64,000 nucleotides of DNA from positions 3,232,001-3,296,000 of the forward strand of contig CAVXRD010000002.1 in the NCBI GenBank assembly GCA_963764165.1, written 5' to 3'. The translations under genes were made by a program, and so were the position numbers. Position 1 is the first letter of the stretch, and each line of letters begins with the position of its first letter. The stretch comes from an uncultured Verrucomicrobiae bacterium (GTDB lineage Bacteria > Verrucomicrobiota > Verrucomicrobiia > Limisphaerales > Palsa-1400). Under the pieces are notes generated by a model that was given only the letters and a program-made list of their open reading frames with translations, did no database searches and had not been told where the DNA came from. Of this stretch, positions 61,671 to 64,000 are shown piece by piece.

Positions 61671-62165
61671 TTATTTCGGCATGAACTCCTCAATCGTTTT
61701 ATTGCGTGCTTTTGATTTCAAATCCTTGTGCTCTGGAATGAGCGGACCTGTTTTTTCAAAATCATTGTCGCGCTTTCTTAGTTTCTTAAAATCCTTTGCA
61801 GCGCCATCCCAATCGCCGTTCACCTTGGTGTCACTCCACAAATTTTGATACTCAATTCGTAGCTGCACCCACCGCGCCCTCTCGGATTCAATTGCGCCAA
61901 TTAGCTTGGGCCACCTAAACAGCGGCAGCACCGTTGTTGAAATAAGTGTGATCGCGCCTGCTGCGGTAGGCCAAATGTCAGACTTCGGAACCAGCTTAAT
62001 ACAGGCAAACACAACCACCCCGGCAAACGCCAGCAGAAGTCGTGCTGTTAGATCGCACCGAACGAAACGTCTTTCAAGATAATCATGGTATCGCGCATTG
62101 AAGCTCGCTGTGAATAAATTTTCTTGCAGGTCGTGGTAAAGCTGATTTAATTGAGTGTCGTTCAT
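61671..62165 (-). CDS. Two-TM passenger protein, SLATT-like
   Basis: RYH helix, two TM segments, helical tail. Confidence 0.55.
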   Translation of the reverse strand: MNDTQLNQLYHDLQENLFTASFNARYHDYLERRFVRCDLTARLLLAFAGVVVFACIKLVPKSDIWPTAAGAITLISTTVLPLFRWPKLIGAIESERARWVQLRIEYQNLWSDTKVNGDWDGAAKDFKKLRKRDNDFEKTGPLIPEHKDLKSKARNKTIEEFMPK

Positions 62166-62396
62166 AAATATGAAAAATAAAAGTTCAGGCGAGTTTGGAG
62201 ACATGGAATCAATAAAGGGAAGAAAGTTTTACCCTGATCAGCCTTTTCCTGAAAAGATGTACGAACAGCCGCCGGTAAAGCCATCGACGCCAGAATCTGG
62301 AAGCGACTCATCGAAACAGTCGGGTTCAGGCTCTGACAAAAGCGATTAGTTTTCATAGTTCACCCCAATTGACTTCTTTGCGCCGCGACGGATCGC

Positions 62397-62726
62397 ATGG
62401 ACTTGCCGCAGGAATTTCAGTTTGCTCAGGCTGCCCGCTTCGCGCTGGTGGTTGCGGAACCGCCGAAGAACCCGCCCGCATACCCGCCATTTCCTTGGCA
62501 ACAATTTGTAGGTAGCCTGCTAAACATTGAACCGCCAAGCGCAAATACCAAAAAGATTCACGACAATTTCTGGCTGATACACCTAAATGACGACATGCTC
62601 TTTCTAGCAGAGATATTCGTCCTGGCGAAAAAGAACTCCATCGTCCTGCGTATCCTTTTCCTGCATGAAGAGCCAGCGTGGATAAAATACCCGCCAGACG
62701 CCGCAACCGCTCCAGAGTCCGCTTAA
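62397..62726 (+). CDS. Hypothetical passenger protein
   Basis: 109-aa ORF inside the TIRs. Confidence 0.5.
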   Translation: MDLPQEFQFAQAARFALVVAEPPKNPPAYPPFPWQQFVGSLLNIEPPSANTKKIHDNFWLIHLNDDMLFLAEIFVLAKKNSIVLRILFLHEEPAWIKYPPDAATAPESA

Positions 62727-63078
62727 TCACGCGCATTCCTCACCATTCCGAGCGGGTTTATGTGGTTTGTGGCTTGGGTAACAATGTATATAATTCCCAT
62801 ATATTGGCTTAAACAAACGACATTTTATGCGGCACTGCCAGCGTTTTGTAATAATAAATAATCAACCCAGAATTTCAGATCTCAACGAAATTGAAGCCGC
62901 AAGAACTTGTTTCCTCCAAATCGCAGAGTTTCGCGCAATATGCTTTCAGTCAAATAAATTACTTTTGTGAACATCAAATTTCCTCGAACCACACAGAACG
63001 ACAATTTCCGTAATGGTTAGCGCTCCCAATCTGCCCCCTTGCCACCAACCCCAATTGGGTCTTTAATCGATTATCACG

Positions 63079-64000
63079 ATGAAAACGAAAATGAAGAAAA
63101 ATGCCGTCCCCGCGGGCGGTGGCATGCGGCATCACTCAAGCGAGGTTTTGGATGGGGCGCATCGGGCGGCCAGCCGGGCCATGCTTTATGCGGTCGGGTT
63201 CAAGCAGGAGGATTTTAAGAAGCCCCTCATCGGCATCGCTTCCACTTGGAGCAATGTCACGCCTTGCAACGCCCATATCGACAAGCTCGCCATTGAGGCT
63301 GAGATCGGGGCGAATCGCGCGGGGGGGAAGGCCATTATTTTCAATACCATTACGGTTTCGGACGGGATTTCCATGGGATCCGAGGGGATGAAGTATTCTC
63401 TGGTCTCGCGCGAAGTTATTGCGGACTCGATTGAAACCGTCGTGGCATGCGAGGCGATGGACGGTGTCGTGGCCATCGGCGGCTGCGATAAGAATATGCC
63501 GGGCGCGCTCATGGCGCTGGCGCGGTTGAACCGTCCGGCGGTGTTTGTTTACGGCGGCACGATTTTGCCGGGCTGCATCACGGGCGATCCGCGCAAGCTG
63601 GACATCGTTTCGGTTTTTGAAGCAATCGGCGCGCACGCGAACAAGAAAATCGACGATGCGCAATTGCATAAAATCGAGTCGTGCGCCATTCCTGGCCCAG
63701 GTTCGTGCGGCGGCATGTATACGGCGAACACGATGGCCAGCGCGATTGAGGCGATGGGCATGAGCCTGCCGGGAAGTTCCGCCCAGAACGCCATTTCCAA
63801 GGCGAAAAAGGAAGATTGCCAGCGCGCGGGCGCGGCCGTGTTCGAATTGCTCAAGGCGGGCATCCGTCCGCTCGACATCATGACGCGCAAGGCGTTCGAA
63901 AACGCCATCACGGTGGTGATTGCGCTCGGCGGATCGACCAACGCGGTGTTGCACCTGCTCGGCATCGCCCATGCGGCGGGCGTGAAATTAACTTTGGACG
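63079..64000 (+). CDS. ilvD: Dihydroxy-acid dehydratase (partial, runs off window)
   Basis: [49 protein letters not shown]. Confidence 0.95.
   Translation, partial: MKTKMKKNAVPAGGGMRHHSSEVLDGAHRAASRAMLYAVGFKQEDFKKPLIGIASTWSNVTPCNAHIDKLAIEAEIGANRAGGKAIIFNTITVSDGISMGSEGMKYSLVSREVIADSIETVVACEAMDGVVAIGGCDKNMPGALMALARLNRPAVFVYGGTILPGCITGDPRKLDIVSVFEAIGAHANKKIDDAQLHKIESCAIPGPGSCGGMYTANTMASAIEAMGMSLPGSSAQNAISKAKKEDCQRAGAAVFELLKAGIRPLDIMTRKAFENAITVVIALGGSTNAVLHLLGIAHAAGVKLTLD

Larger units (their letters stand above)
60021..62798 (-). mobile_element. IS1595-family element with passenger genes (2778 bp)
   Basis: 23-bp perfect TIR GGGAATTATATACATTGTTACCC; 8-bp TSD ATATATTG (60013-60020, 62799-62806). 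Confidence 0.95.

Noticed and set aside
63136..63972. 278-aa - strand ORF
   Set aside because: Antisense shadow of ilvD, which the ORF track missed because it has no stop in the window.

Overview
GC-rich bacterial window, most likely Verrucomicrobiota (inferred from a Gloeo/Verruco-type repeat protein and shared C-terminal sorting-like tails). There are three zones. (1) 1-20.4 kb is a metal-uptake and redox cluster: COG0523 GTPase, MerC-like protein, a Zrg-like ABC/DUF3299 operon preceded by a RAPP-ending leader ORF, a Fur/Zur regulator, two paralogous TonB-dependent receptors (one behind an MntR-type box) and a LysR-linked oxidoreductase set with a triplicated leader. (2) ~21-46 kb is a tandem array of at least three related integrative elements stacked at the 3' end of tRNA-Cys(GCA). 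The att core is repeated at 27030, 34267 and 46004. Each element has its own tyrosine integrase, its own 12-bp-period arm-like repeats and a shared excisionase-like HTH gene. Together they carry a rolling-circle (HUH) Rep plus SSB-like module, a Zot/pI-like ATPase, defence-like cargo (TIR relic, HEPN, HNH, class III cyclase) and a HupE/UreJ-TonB receptor fusion behind a structured leader. (3) 46-64 kb is mostly core genes (typA, ilvD, an LLM monooxygenase, a glycosyltransferase), tandem DUF3494 ice-binding-type genes, a MazF-type toxin-antitoxin pair and an IS1595-family element with passenger genes. All assignments come from reading motifs by eye; no searches were run.
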